NCBI GenBank assembly: GCA_964057225.1
Contig: OZ059895.1
Location: 7,068,001-7,132,000, forward strand
Direction: 5' to 3'
DNA: 64,000 nt
Origin: Auanema rhodensis
Lineage: Eukaryota > Animalia > Nematoda
Positions within the stretch are counted from its first letter, which is position 1. The number at the start of each line of letters is the position of its first letter. The position numbers and the translations under genes are program-made. Below the pieces are notes generated by a model, which had not been told where the DNA came from, searched no databases, and saw nothing but the letters and a program-made list of their open reading frames with translations. This document shows, in pieces, positions 15,001-30,000 of this stretch.

Positions 15001-18000
15001 CACCTGATGTTGAACTAAGTTTTGGAAAGCTCACTATATGTAAGCAACATTGATATTTCATCTTTCTGAAGATTCTGAAGCTTGTCTATCTCTTGACCCA
15101 AAATGTTCATTGTTGAGACAATCTCAGTCTAGAGTTTTGAAATTTCTTCTGAACAGGAATACGGTGCACGTGCCATTTGCCTTGGGGTATTCATCTTCAT
15201 CTTCGGTTTAATTACCCAAGTTTGAGGTACTTTGATGATTCAACAAGGGTTACACCTGATGTTGAACTAAATTTTGGAAAGCTCACTATATGTGAGCAAC
15301 ATTGATATTTCATCTTTCTGAAGATTCTGAAGCTTGTCTATCCCTTGACCCAAAATGTTCATTGTTGAGACAATCTCAGTCTAGAGTTTTGAAATTTCTT
15401 CTGAACAGGAATACGGTGCACGTGCCATTTGCCTTGGGGTATTCATCTTCATCTTTGGTTTAATTACCCAAGTTTGAGGTACTTTGATGATTCAACAAGG
15501 GTTACACCTGATGTTGAACTAAATTTTGGAAAGCTGACTATATGTGAGCAACATTGATATTTCATCTTTCTGAAGATTCTGAAGCTTGTCTATCTCTTGA
15601 CCCAAAATGTTCATTGTTGAGACAATCTCAGTCTAGAGTTTTGAAATTTCTTCTGAACAGGAATACGGTGCACGTGCCATTTGCCTTGGGGTATTCATCT
15701 TCATCTTTGGTTTAATTACCCAAGTTTGAGGTACTTTGATGATTCAACAAGGGTTACACCTGATGTTGAACTAAATTTTGGAAAGCTCACTATATGTGAG
15801 CAACATTGATATTTCATCTTTCTGAAGATTCTGAAGCTTGTCTATCCCTTGACCGAAAATGTTCATTGTTCAGTCAATCACAGTCTAGAGTTTTGAATGT
15901 TCTTCTGAACAGGAATACGGTGCACGTGCCATTTGCCTTGGGGTATTCATCTTCATCTTTGGTTTAATTACCCAAGTTTGAGGTACTTTGATGATTCAAC
16001 AAGGGTTACACCTGATGTTGAACTAAATTTTGGAAAGCTCACTATATGTGAGCAACATTGATATTTCATCTTTCTGAAGATTCTGAAGCTTGTCTATCCC
16101 TTGACCCAAAATGTTCATTGTTGAGACAATCTCAGTCTAGAGTTTTGAAATTTCTTCTGAACAGGAATACGGTGCACGTGCCATTTGCCTTGGGGTATTC
16201 ATCTTCATCTTTGGTTTAATTACCCAAGTTTGAGGTACTTTGATGATTCAACAAGGGTTACACCTGATGTTGAACTAAATTTTGGAAAGCTCACTATATG
16301 TGAGCAACATTGATATTTCATCTTTCTGAAGATTCTGAAGCTTGTCTATCCCTTGACCGAAAATGTTCATTGTTCAGTCAATCACAGTCTAGAGTTTTGA
16401 ATGTTCTTCTGAACAGGAATACGGTGCACGTGCCATTTGCCTTGGGGTATTCATCTTCATCTTCGGTTTAATTACCCAAGTTTGAGGTACTTTGATGATT
16501 CAACAAGGGTTACACCTGATGTTGAACTAAGTTTTGGAAAGCTCACTATATGTAAGCAACATTGATATTTCATCTTTCTGAAGATTCTGAAGCTTGTCTA
16601 TCCCTTGACCGAAAATGTTCATTGTTCAGTCAATCACAGTCTAGAGTTTTCAATGTTCTTCTGAACAGGAATACGGTGCACGTGCCATTTGCCTTGGGGT
16701 ATTCATCTTCATCTTCGGTTTAATTACCCAAGTTTGAGGTACTTTGATGATTCAACAAGGGTTACACCTGATGTTGAACTAAATTTTGGAAAGCTGACTA
16801 TATGTGAGCAACATTGATATTTCATCTTTCTGAAGATTCTGAAGCTTGTCTATCTCTTGACCCAAAATGTTCATTGTTAAGACAATCTCAGTCTAGAGTT
16901 TTGAAATTTCTTCTGAACAGGAATACGGTGCACGTGCCATTTGCCTTGGGGTATTCATCTTCATCTTCGGTTTAATTACCCAAGTTTGAGGTACTTTGAT
17001 AATTCAACAAGGGTTACACCTGATGTTGAACTAAATTTTGGAAAGCTCACTATATGTGAGCAACATTGATATTTCATCTTTCTGAAGATTCTGAAGCTTG
17101 TCTATCTCTTGACCCAAAATGTTCATTGTTGAGACAATCTCAGTCTAGAGTTTTGAAATTTCTTCTGAACCGGAATACGGTGCACGTCCCATTTGCCTTG
17201 GGGTATTCATCTTCATCTTTGGTTTAATTACCCAAGTTTGAGGTACTTTGATGATTCAACAAGGGTTACACCTGATGTTGAACTAAATTTTGGAAAGCTC
17301 ACTATATGTGAGCAACATTGATATTTCATCTTTCTGAAGATTCTGAAGCTTGTCTATCCCTTGACCGAAAATGTTCATTGTTCAGTCAATCACAGTCTAG
17401 AGTTTTGAATGTTCTTCTGAACAGGAATACGGTGCACGTGCCATTTGCCTTGGGGTATTCATCTTCATCTTCGGTTTATTACCCAAGTTTGAGGTACTTT
17501 GATGATTCAACAAGGGTTACACCTGATGTTGAACTAAATTTTGGAAAGCTCACTATATGTGAGCAACATTGATATTCCATCTTTCTGAAGATTCTGAAGC
17601 TTGTCTATCCCTTGACCCAAAATGTTCATTGTTGAGACAATCTCAGTCTAGAGTTTTGAATGTTTTTCTGAACAGGAATACGGTGACCGTGCCATTTGCC
17701 TTGGGGTATTCATCTTCATCTTTGGTTTAATTACCCAAGTTTGAGGTACTTTGATGATTCAACAAGGGTTACACCTGATGTTGAACTAAATTTTGGAAAG
17801 CTCACTATATGTGAGCAACATTGATATTCCATCTTTCTGAAGATTCTGAAGCTTGTCTATCCCTTGACCCAAAATGTTCATTGTTGAGACAATCTCAGTC
17901 TAGAGTTTTGAATGTTTTTCTGAACAGGAATACGGTGCACGTGCCATTTGCCTTGGGGTATTCATCTACATCTTTGGTTTAATTACCCAAGTTTGAGGTA

Positions 18001-21000
18001 CTTTGATGATTCAACAAGGGTTACACCTGATGTTGAACTAAATTTTGGAAAGCTGACTATATGTGAGCAACATTGATATTTCATCTTTCTGAAGATTCTG
18101 AAGCTTGTCTATCTCTTGACCCAAAATGTTCATTGTTGAGACAATCTCAGTCTAGAGTTTTGAAATTTCTTCTGAACAGGAATACGGTGCACGTGCCATT
18201 TGCCTTGGGGTATTCATCTTCATCTTCGGTTTAATTACCCAAGTTTGAGGTACTTTGATGATTCAACAAGGGTTACACCTGATGTTGAACTAAATTTTGG
18301 AAAGCTCACTATATGTGAGCAACATTGATATTTCATCTTTCTGAAGATTCTGAAGCTTGTCTATCCCTTGACCCAAAATGTTCATTGTTGAGACAATCTC
18401 AGTCTAGAGTTTTGAATGTTTTTCTGAACAGGAATACGGTGCACGTGCCATTTGCCTTGGGGTATTCATCTACATCTTTGGTTTAATTACCCAAGTTTGA
18501 GGTACTTTGATGATTCAACAAGGGTTACACCTGATGTTGAACTAAATTTTGGAAAGCTCACTATATGTGAGCAACATTGATATTTCATCTTTCTGAAGAT
18601 TCTGAAGCTTGTCTATCTCTTGACCCAAAATGTTCATTGTTCAGACAATCTCAGTCTAGAGTTTTGAATGTTCTTCTGAACAGGAATACGGTGCACTTGC
18701 CATTTGCCTTGGGGTATTCATCTTCATCTTCGGTTTAATTACCCAAGTTTGAGGTACTTTGATGATTCAACAAGGGTTACATCTGATGTTGAACTAAATT
18801 TTGGAAAGCTCACTATATGTGAGCAACATTGATATTTCATCTTTCTGAAGATTCTGAAGCTTGTCTATCCCTTGACCGAAAATGTTCATTGTTCAGTCAA
18901 TCACAGTCTAGAGTTTTGAATGTTCTTCTGAACAGGAATACGGTGCACGTGCCATTTGCCTTGGGGTATTCATCTTCATCTTCGGTTTAATTACCCAAGT
19001 TTGAGGTACTTTGATGATTCAACAAGGGTTACACCTGATGTTGAACTAAATTTTGGAAAGCTGACTATATGTGAGCAACATTGATATTTCATCTTTCTGA
19101 AGATTCTGAAGCTTGTCTATCTCTTGACCCAAAATGTTCATTGTTAAGACAATCTCAGTCTAGAGTTTTGAAATTTCTTCTGAACAGGAATACGGTGCAC
19201 GTGCCATTTGCCTTGGGGTATTCATCTTCATCTTCGGTTTAATTACCCAAGTTTGAGGTACTTTGATGATTCAACAAGGGTTACACCTGATGTTGAACTA
19301 AGTTTTGGAAAGCTCACTATATGTAAGCAACATTGATATTTCATCTTTCTGAAGATTCTGAAGCTTGTCTATCCCTTGACCGAAAATGTTCATTGTTCAG
19401 TCAATCACAGTCTAGAGTTTTCAATGTTCTTCTGAACAGGAATACGGTGCACGTGCCATTTGCCTTGGGGTATTCATCTTCATCTTCGGTTTAATTACCC
19501 AAGTTTGAGGTACTTTGATGATTCAACAAGGGTTACACCTGATGTTGAACTAAGTTTTGGAAAGCTCACTATATGTAAGCAACATTGATATTTCATCTTT
19601 CTGAAGATTCTGAAGCTTGTCTATCTCTTGACCCAAAATGTTCATTGTTGAGACAATCTCAGTCTAGAGTTTTGAAATTTCTTCTGAACAGGAATACGGT
19701 GCACGTGCCATTTGCCTTGGGGTATTCATCTTCATCTTCGGTTTAATTACCCAAGTTTGAGGTACTTTGATGATTCAACAAGGGTTACACCTGATGTTGA
19801 ACTAAGTTTTGGAAAGCTCACTATATGTAAGCAACATTGATATTTCATCTTTCTGAAGATTCTGAAGCTTGTCTATCCCTTGACCGAAAATGTTCATTGT
19901 TCAGTCAATCACAGTCTAGAGTTTTGAATGTTCTTCTGAACAGGAATACGGTGCACGTGCCATTTGCCTTGGGGTATTCATCTTCATCTTCGGTTTAATT
20001 ACCCAAGTTTGAGGTACTTTGATGATTCAACAAGGGTTACACCTGATGTTGAACTAAGTTTTGGAAAGCTCACTATATGTAAGCAACATTGATATTTCAT
20101 CTTTCTGAAGATTCTGAAGCTTGTCTATCTCTTGACCCAAAATGTTCATTGTTGAGACAATCTCAGTCTAGAGTTTTGAAATTTCTTCTGAACAGGAATA
20201 CGGTGCACGTGCCATTTGCCTTGGGGTATTCATCTTCATCTTCGGTTTAATTACCCAAGTTTGAGGTACTTTGATGATTCAACAAGGGTTACACCTGATG
20301 TTGAACTAAATTTTGGAAAGCTCACTATATGTGAGCAACATTGATATTTCATCTTTCTGAAGATTCTGAAGCTTGTCTATCCCTTGACCCAAAATGTTCA
20401 TTGTTGAGACAATCTCAGTCTAGAGTTTTGAAATTTCTTCTGAACAGGAATACGGTGCACGTGCCATTTGCCTTGGGGTATTCATCTTCATCTTTGGTTT
20501 AATTACCCAAGTTTGAGGTACTTTGATGATTCAACAAGGGTTACACCTGATGTTGAACTAAATTTTGGAAAGCTGACTATATGTGAGCAACATTGATATT
20601 TCATCTTTCTGAAGATTCTGAAGCTTGTCTATCTCTTGACCCAAAATGTTCATTGTTGAGACAATCTCAGTCTAGAGTTTTGAAATTTCTTCTGAACAGG
20701 AATACGGTGCACGTGCCATTTGCCTTGGGGTATTCATCTTCATCTTTGGTTTAATTACCCAAGTTTGAGGTACTTTGATGATTCAACAAGGGTTACACCT
20801 GATGTTGAACTAAATTTTGGAAAGCTCACTATATGTGAGCAACATTGATATTTCATCTTTCTGAAGATTCTGAAGCTTGTCTATCCCTTGACCGAAAATG
20901 TTCATTGTTCAGTCAATCACAGTCTAGAGTTTTGAATGTTCTTCTGAACAGGAATACGGTGCACGTGCCATTTGCCTTGGGGTATTCATCTTCATCTTTG

Positions 21001-24000
21001 GTTTAATTACCCAAGTTTGAGGTACTTTGATGATTCAACAAGGGTTACACCTGATGTTGAACTAAATTTTGGAAAGCTCACTATATGTGAGCAACATTGA
21101 TATTTCATCTTTCTGAAGATTCTGAAGCTTGTCTATCCCTTGACCCAAAATGTTCATTGTTGAGACAATCTCAGTCTAGAGTTTTGAAATTTCTTCTGAA
21201 CAGGAATACGGTGCACGTGCCATTTGCCTTGGGGTATTCATCTTCATCTTTGGTTTAATTACCCAAGTTTGAGGTACTTTGATGATTCAACAAGGGTTAC
21301 ACCTGATGTTGAACTAAATTTTGGAAAGCTCACTATATGTGAGCAACATTGATATTTCATCTTTCTGAAGATTCTGAAGCTTGTCTATCCCTTGACCGAA
21401 AATGTTCATTGTTCAGTCAATCACAGTCTAGAGTTTTGAATGTTCTTCTGAACAGGAATACGGTGCACGTGCCATTTGCCTTGGGGTATTCATCTTCATC
21501 TTCGGTTTAATTACCCAAGTTTGAGGTACTTTGATGATTCAACAAGGGTTACACCTGATGTTGAACTAAGTTTTGGAAAGCTCACTATATGTAAGCAACA
21601 TTGATATTTCATCTTTCTGAAGATTCTGAAGCTTGTCTATCCCTTGACCGAAAATGTTCATTGTTCAGTCAATCACAGTCTAGAGTTTTCAATGTTCTTC
21701 TGAACAGGAATACGGTGCACGTGCCATTTGCCTTGGGGTATTCATCTTCATCTTCGGTTTAATTACCCAAGTTTGAGGTACTTTGATGATTCAACAAGGG
21801 TTACACCTGATGTTGAACTAAATTTTGGAAAGCTGACTATATGTGAGCAACATTGATATTTCATCTTTCTGAAGATTCTGAAGCTTGTCTATCTCTTGAC
21901 CCAAAATGTTCATTGTTAAGACAATCTCAGTCTAGAGTTTTGAAATTTCTTCTGAACAGGAATACGGTGCACGTGCCATTTGCCTTGGGGTATTCATCTT
22001 CATCTTCGGTTTAATTACCCAAGTTTGAGGTACTTTGATAATTCAACAAGGGTTACACCTGATGTTGAACTAAATTTTGGAAAGCTCACTATATGTGAGC
22101 AACATTGATATTTCATCTTTCTGAAGATTCTGAAGCTTGTCTATCTCTTGACCCAAAATGTTCATTGTTGAGACAATCTCAGTCTAGAGTTTTGAAATTT
22201 CTTCTGAACCGGAATACGGTGCACGTCCCATTTGCCTTGGGGTATTCATCTTCATCTTTGGTTTAATTACCCAAGTTTGAGGTACTTTGATGATTCAACA
22301 AGGGTTACACCTGATGTTGAACTAAATTTTGGAAAGCTCACTATATGTGAGCAACATTGATATTTCATCTTTCTGAAGATTCTGAAGCTTGTCTATCCCT
22401 TGACCGAAAATGTTCATTGTTCAGTCAATCACAGTCTAGAGTTTTGAATGTTCTTCTGAACAGGAATACGGTGCACGTGCCATTTGCCTTGGGGTATTCA
22501 TCTTCATCTTCGGTTTATTACCCAAGTTTGAGGTACTTTGATGATTCAACAAGGGTTACACCTGATGTTGAACTAAATTTTGGAAAGCTCACTATATGTG
22601 AGCAACATTGATATTTCATCTTTCTGAAGATTCTGAAGTTTGTCTATCCCATGACCGAAAATGTTCATTGGTCAGACAATCTCAGTCTAGAGTTTTCAAT
22701 GTTCTTCTGAACAGGAATACGGTGCACTTGCCATTTGCCTTGGGGTATTCATCTTCATCTTTGGTTTAATTACCCAAGTTTGAGGTACTTTGATGATTTA
22801 ACAACGGTTACACCTGATGTTGAACTAAATTTTGAAAGCTCACTATATGTGAGCAACATTGATATTTCATCTTTTTGAAGATTCTGAAGCTTGTCTATCC
22901 CTTGACCCAAAATGTTCATTGTTCAGTCAATCACAGTCTAGAGTTTTGAATGTTCTTCTGAACAGGAATACGGTGCACGTGCCATTTGCCTTGGGGTATT
23001 CATCTTCATCTTTGGTCTAATTACCCAAGTTTGAGGTACTTTGATGATTCAACAAGGGTTACACCTGATGTTGAACTAAGTTTTGGAAATCTCACTATAT
23101 GTAAGCAACATTGATATTTCATCTTTCTGAAGATTCTGAAGCTTGTCTATCTCTTGACCGAAAATGTTCATTGTTAAGACAATCTCAGTCTAGAGTTTTG
23201 AATGTTCTTCTGAGCAGGAATACGGTGACCGTGCCATTTGCCTTGGGGTATTCATCTTCATCTTTGGTTTAATTACCCAAGTTTGAGGTACTTTGATGAT
23301 TCAACAAGGGTTACACCTGATGTTGAACTAAATTTTGGAAAGCTCACTATATGTGAGCAACATTGATATTTCATCTTTCTGAAGATTCTGAAGCTTGTCT
23401 ATCCCTTGACCCAAAATGTTCATTGTTCAGTCAATCACAGTCTAGAGTTTTGAATGTTCTTCTGAACAGGAATACGGTGCTCGTGCCATTTGCCTTGGGG
23501 TATTCATCTTCATCTTCGGTTTAATTACCCAAGTTTGAGGTATTTTGATGATTCAACAAGGGTTACATCTGATGTTGAACTAAATTTTGGAAAGCTCACT
23601 ATATGTGAGCAACATTGATATTTCATCTTTCTGAAGATTCTGAAGCTTGTCTATCCCTTGACCCAAAATGTTCATTGTTTAGTCAATCACAGTCTAGAGT
23701 TTTGAATGTTCTTCTGAACAGGAATACGGTGCACGTGCCATTTGCCTTGGGGTATTCATCTTCATCTTTGGTTTAATTACCCAAGCTTGAGGTACTTTGA
23801 TGATTCAACAAGGGTTACACCTGATGTTGAACTAAATTTTGGAAAGCTGACTATATGTGAGCAACATTGATATTTCATCTTTCTGAAGATTCTGAAGCTT
23901 GTCTATCCCTTGACCGAAAATGTTCATTGTTCAGTCAATCACAGTCTAGAGTTTTGAATGTTCTTCTGAACAGGAATACGGTGCACGTGCCATTTGCCTT

Positions 24001-27000
24001 GGGGTATTCATCTTCATCTTCGGTTTAATTACCCAAGTTTGAGGTACTTTGATGATTCAACAAGGGTTACACCTGATGTTGAACTAAGTTTTGGAAAGCT
24101 CACTATATGTAAGCAACATTGATATTTCATCTTTCTGAAGATTCTGAAGCTTGTCTATCCCTTGACCGAAAATGTTCATTGTTCAGTCAATCACAGTCTA
24201 GAGTTTTCAATGTTCTTCTGAACAGGAATACGGTGCACGTGCCATTTGCCTTGGGGTATTCATCTTCATCTTCGGTTTAATTACCCAAGTTTGAGGTACT
24301 TTGATGATTCAACAAGGGTTACACCTGATGTTGAACTAAATTTTGGAAAGCTGACTATATGTGAGCAACATTGATATTTCATCTTTCTGAAGATTCTGAA
24401 GCTTGTCTATCTCTTGACCCAAAATGTTCATTGTTAAGACAATCTCAGTCTAGAGTTTTGAAATTTCTTCTGAACAGGAATACGGTGCACGTGCCATTTG
24501 CCTTGGGGTATTCAACTTCATTTTTGGTTTAATTACCCAAGTTTGAGGTACTTTGATGATTCAACAAGGGTTACACCTGATGTTGAACTAAATTTTGGAA
24601 AGCTCACTATATGTGAGCAACATTGATATTTCATCTTTCTGAAGATTCTGAAGCTTGTCTATCCCTTGACCGAAAATGTTCATTGTTCAGTCAATCACAG
24701 TCTAGAGTTTTGAATGTTCTTCTGAACAGGAATACGGTGCACGTGCCATTTGCCTTGGGGTATTCATCTTCATCTTCGGTTTATTACCCAAGTTTGAGGT
24801 ACTTTGATGATTCAACAAGGGTTACACCTGATGTTGAACTAAATTTTGGAAAGCTCACTATATGTGAGCAACATTGATATTTCATCTTTCTGAAGATTCT
24901 GAAGCTTGTCTATCTCTTGACCCAAATTGTTCATTGTTCAGACAATCTCAGTCTAGAGTTTTCAATGTTCTTCTGAACAGGAATACGGTGCACTTGCCAT
25001 TTGCCTTGGGGTATTCATCTTCATCTTTGGTTTAATTACCCAAGTTTGAGGTACTTTGATGATTTAACAACGGTTACACCTGATGTTGAACTAAATTTTG
25101 AAAGCTCACTATATGTGAGCAACATTGATATTTCATCTTTTTGAAGATTCTGAAGCTTGTCTATCCCTTGACCCAAAATGTTCATTGTTCAGTCAATCAC
25201 AGTCTAGAGTTTTGAATGTTCTTCTGAACAGGAATACGGTGCACGTGCCATTTGCCTTGGGGTATTCATCTTCATCTTTGGTCTAATTACCCAAGTTTGA
25301 GGTACTTTGATGATTCAACAAGGGTTACACCTGATGTTGAACTAAGTTTTGGAAAGCTCACTATATGTAAGCAACATTGATATTTCATCTTTCTGAAGAT
25401 TCTGAAGCTTGTCTATCTCTTGACCGAAAATGTTCATTGTTGAGACAATCTCAGTCTAGAGTTTTGAATGTTCTTCTGAGCAGGAATACGGTGACCGTGC
25501 CATTTGCCTTGGGGTATTCATCTTCATCTTTGGTCTAATTACCCAAGTTTGAGGTACTTTGATGATTCAACAAGGGTTACACCTGATGTTGAACTAAGTT
25601 TTGGAAAGCTCACTATATGTGAGCAACATTGATATTTCATCTTTCTGAAGATTCTGAAGCTTGTCTATCTCTTGACCCAAAATGTTCATTGTTGAGACAA
25701 TCTCAGTCTAGAGTTTTGAAATTTCTTCTGAACCGGAATACGGTGCACGTGACATTTGCCTTGGGGTATTCATCTTCATCTTTGGTCTAATTACCCAAGT
25801 TTGAGGTACTTTGATGATTCAACAAGGGTTACACCTGATGTTGAACTAAGTTTTGGAAAGCTCACTATATGTAAGCAACATTGATATTTCATCTTTCTGA
25901 AGATTCTGAAGCTTGTCTATCTCTTGACCGAAAATGTTCATTGTTCAGACAATCTCAGTCTAGAGTTTTGAATGTTCTTCTGAGCAGGAATACGGTGACC
26001 GTGCCATTTGCCTTGGGGTATTCATCTTCATCTTTGGTTTAATTACCCAAGTTTGAGGTACTTTGATGATTCAACAAGGGTTACACCTGATGTTGAACTA
26101 AGTTTTGGAAAGCTCAGTATATGTGAGCAACATTGATATTTCATCTTTCTGAAGATTCTGAAGCTTGTCTATCTCTTGACCCAAAATGTTCATTGTTGAG
26201 ACAATCTCAGTCTAGAGTTTTGAAATTTCTTCTGAACCGGAATACGGTGCACGTGCCATTTGCCTTGGGGTGTTCATCTTCATCTTTGGTTTAATTACCC
26301 AAGTTTGAGGTACTTTGATGATTCAACAAGGGTTACACCTGATGTTGAACTAAATTTTGGAAAGCTCACTATATGTGAGCAACATTGATATTTCATATTT
26401 CTGAAGATTCTGAAGCTTGTTTATCTCTTGACCGAAAATGTTCATTGTTCAGACAATCTCAGTCTAGAGTTTTGAATGTTCTTCTGAGCAGGAATACGGT
26501 GCACGTGCCATTTGCCTTGGGGTATTCATCTTCATCTTTGGTTTAATTACCCAAGTTTGAGGTACTTTGATGATTCAACAAGGGTTACACCTGATGTTGA
26601 ACTAAGTTTTGGAAAGCTCAGTATATGTGAGCAACATTGATATTTCATCTTTCTGAAGATTCTGAAGCTTGTCTATCTCTTGACCCAAAATGTTCATTGT
26701 TCAGTCAATCACAGTCTAGAGTTTTGAAATTTCTTCTGAACCGGAATACGGTGCACGTGCCATTTGCCTTGGGGTATTCATCTTCATCTTTGGTTTAATT
26801 ACCCAAGTTTGAGGTACTTTGATGATTCAACAAGGGTTACACCTGATGTTGAACTAAATTTTGGAAAGCTCACTATATGTGAGCAACATTGATATTTCAT
26901 ATTTCTGAAGATTCTGAAGCTTGTTTATCTCTTGACCGAAAATGTTCATTGTTCAGACAATCTCAGTCTAGAGTTTTGAATGTTCTTCTGAGCAGGAATA

Positions 27001-30000
27001 CGGTGCACGTGCCATTTGCCTTGGGGTATTCATCTTCATCTTTGGTTTAATTACCCAAGTTTGAGGTACTTTGATGATTCAACAAGGGTTACACCTGATG
27101 TTGAACTAAATTTTGGAAAGCTCACTATATGTGAGCAACATTGATATTTCATATTTCTGAAGATTCTGAAGCTTGTTTATCTCTTGACCGAAAATGTTCA
27201 TTGTTCAGACAATCTCAGTCTAGAGTTTTGAAATTTCTTCTGAACCGGAATACGGTGCACGTGCCATTTGCCTTGGGGTATTCATCTTCATCTTCGGTTT
27301 AATTACCCAAGTGTGAGGTACTTTGATGATTCAACAAGGGTTACACCTGATGTTGAACTAAATTTTGGAAAGCTCAGTATATGTGAGCAACATTGATATT
27401 TCATCTTTCTGAAGATTCTGAAGCTTGTCTATCCCTTGACCCAAAATGTTCATTGTTTAGTCAATCACAGTCTAGAGTTTTGAATGTTCTTCTGAACAGG
27501 AATACGGTGCACGTGCCATTTGCCTTGGGGTATTCATCTTCATCTTTGGTTTAATTACCCAAGTTTGAGGTACTTTGATGATTCAACAAGGGTTACACCT
27601 GATGTTGAACTAAATTTTGGAAAGCTCACTATATGTGAGCAACATTGATATTTCATCTTTCTGAAGATTCTGAAGCTTGTCTATCCCTTGACCCAAAATG
27701 TTCATTGTTTAGTCAATCACAGTCTAGAGTTTTGAATGTTCTTCTGAACAGGAATACGGTGCACGTGCCATTTGCCTTGGGGTATTCATCTTCATCTTTG
27801 GTTTAATTACCCAAGTTTGAGGTACTTTGATGATTCAACAAGGGTTACACCTGATGTTGAACTAAATTTTGGAAAGCTCACTATATGTGAGCAACATTGA
27901 TATTTCATCTTTCTGAAGATTCTGAAGCTTGTCTATCCCTTGACCCAAAATGTTCATTGTTCAGTCAATCACAGTCTAGAGTTTTGAATGTTCTTCTGAA
28001 CAGGAATACGGTGCACGTGCCATTTGCCTTGGGGTATTCATCTTCATCTTTGGTTTAATTACCCAAGTTTGAGGTACTTTGATGATTCAACAAGGGTTAC
28101 ACCTGATGTTGAACTAAATTTTGGAAAGCTCACTATATGTGAGCAACATTGATATTTCATCTTTCTGAAGATTCTGAAGCTTGTCTATCCCTTGACCCAA
28201 AATGTTCATTGTTTAGTCAATCACAGTCTAGAGTTTTGAATGTTCTTCTGAGCAGGAATACGGTGACCGTGCCATTTGCCTTGGGGTATTCATCTTCATC
28301 TTCGGTTTAATTACCCAAGTTTGAGGTATTTTGATGATTCAACAAGGGTTACATCTGATGTTGAACTAAATTTTGGAAAGCTCACTATATGTGAGCAACA
28401 TTGATATTTCATCTTTCTGAAGATTCTGAAGCTTGTGTATCCCTTGACCCAAAATGTTCATTGTTCAGTCAATCACAGTCTAGAGTTTTGAATGTTCTTC
28501 TGAACAGGAATACGGTGCACGTGCCATTTGCCTTGGGGTATTCATCTTCATCTTCGGTTTAATTACCCAAGTTTGAGGTATTTTGATGATTCAACAAGGG
28601 TTACATCTGATGTTGAACTAAATTTTGGAAAGCTCACTATATGTGAGCAACATTGATATTTCATCTTTCTGAAGATTCTGAAGCTTGTCTATCCCTTGAC
28701 CCAAAATGTTCATTGTTCAGTCAATCACAGTCTAGAGTTTTGAATGTTCTTCTGAACAGGAATACGGTGCACGTGCCATTTGCCTTGGGGTATTCATATT
28801 CATCTTCGGTTTAATTAGCCAAGTTTGAGGTATTTTGATGATTCAACAAGGGTTACATCTGATGTTGAACTAAATTTTGGAAAGCTCACTATATGTGAGC
28901 AACATTGATATTTCATCTTTCTGAAGATTCTGAAGCTTGTCTATCCCTTGACCCAAAATGTTCATTGTTCAGTCAATCACAGTCTAGAGTTTTGAATGTT
29001 CTTCTGAACAGGAATACGGTGCACGTGCCATTTGCCTTGGGGTATTCAACTTCATCTTTGGTTTAATTACCCAAGTTTAAGGTACTTTGATGATTTAACA
29101 ACGGTTACACCTGATGTTGAACTAAATTTTGGAAAGCTCAGTATATGTGAGCAACATTGATATTTCATCTTTCTGAAGATTCTGAAGCTTGTCTATCCCT
29201 TGACCCAAAATGTTCATTGTTCAGACAATCTCAGTCTAGAGTTTTGAATGTTCTTCTGAGCAGGAATACGGTGCACGTGCCATTTGCCTTGGGGTATTCA
29301 ACTTCATCTTTGGTTTAATTACCCAAGTTTAAGGTACTTTGATGATTTAACAACGGTTACACCTGATGTTGAACTAAATTTTGGAAAGCTCACTATATGT
29401 GAGCAACATTGATAATTCATCTCTCTGAACATTCTGAAGCTTGTCTATCTCTTGACCGAAAATGTTCATTGTTCAGACAATCTCAGTCTAGAATTTTGAA
29501 TGTTCTTCTGAACAGGAATACGGTGCACGTGCGATTTGCCTTGGGGTATTCATCTTCATCTTTGGTTTAATTACCCAAGTTTGAGGTACTTTGATGATTC
29601 AACAAGGGTTACACCTGATGTTGAACTAAATTTTGGAAAGCTCAGTATATGTGAGCAACATTGATATTTCATCTTTCTGAAGATTCTGAAGCTTGTCTAT
29701 CTCTTGACCGAAAATGTTCATTGTTCAGACAATCTCAGTCTAGAATTTTGAATGTTCTTCTGAACAGGAATACGGTGCACGTGCGATTTGCCTTGGGGTA
29801 TTCATCTTCATCTTTGGTTTAATTACCCAAGTTTGAGGTACTTTGATGATTCAACAAGGGTTACACCTGATGTTGAACTAAATTTTGGAAAGCTCACTAT
29901 ATGTGAGCAACATTGATATTTCATCTCTCTGAACATTCTGAAGCTTGTCTATCTCTTGACCGAAAATGTTCATTGTTCAGACAATCTCAGTCTAGAATTT

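Noticed and set aside
17318-24877. Three identical 84-aa ORFs (17318, 22357, 24623) in the satellite
   Set aside because: They begin at TTG and exist only because a 1-bp deletion removes a stop in those monomers. They mark higher-order duplication, not genes.
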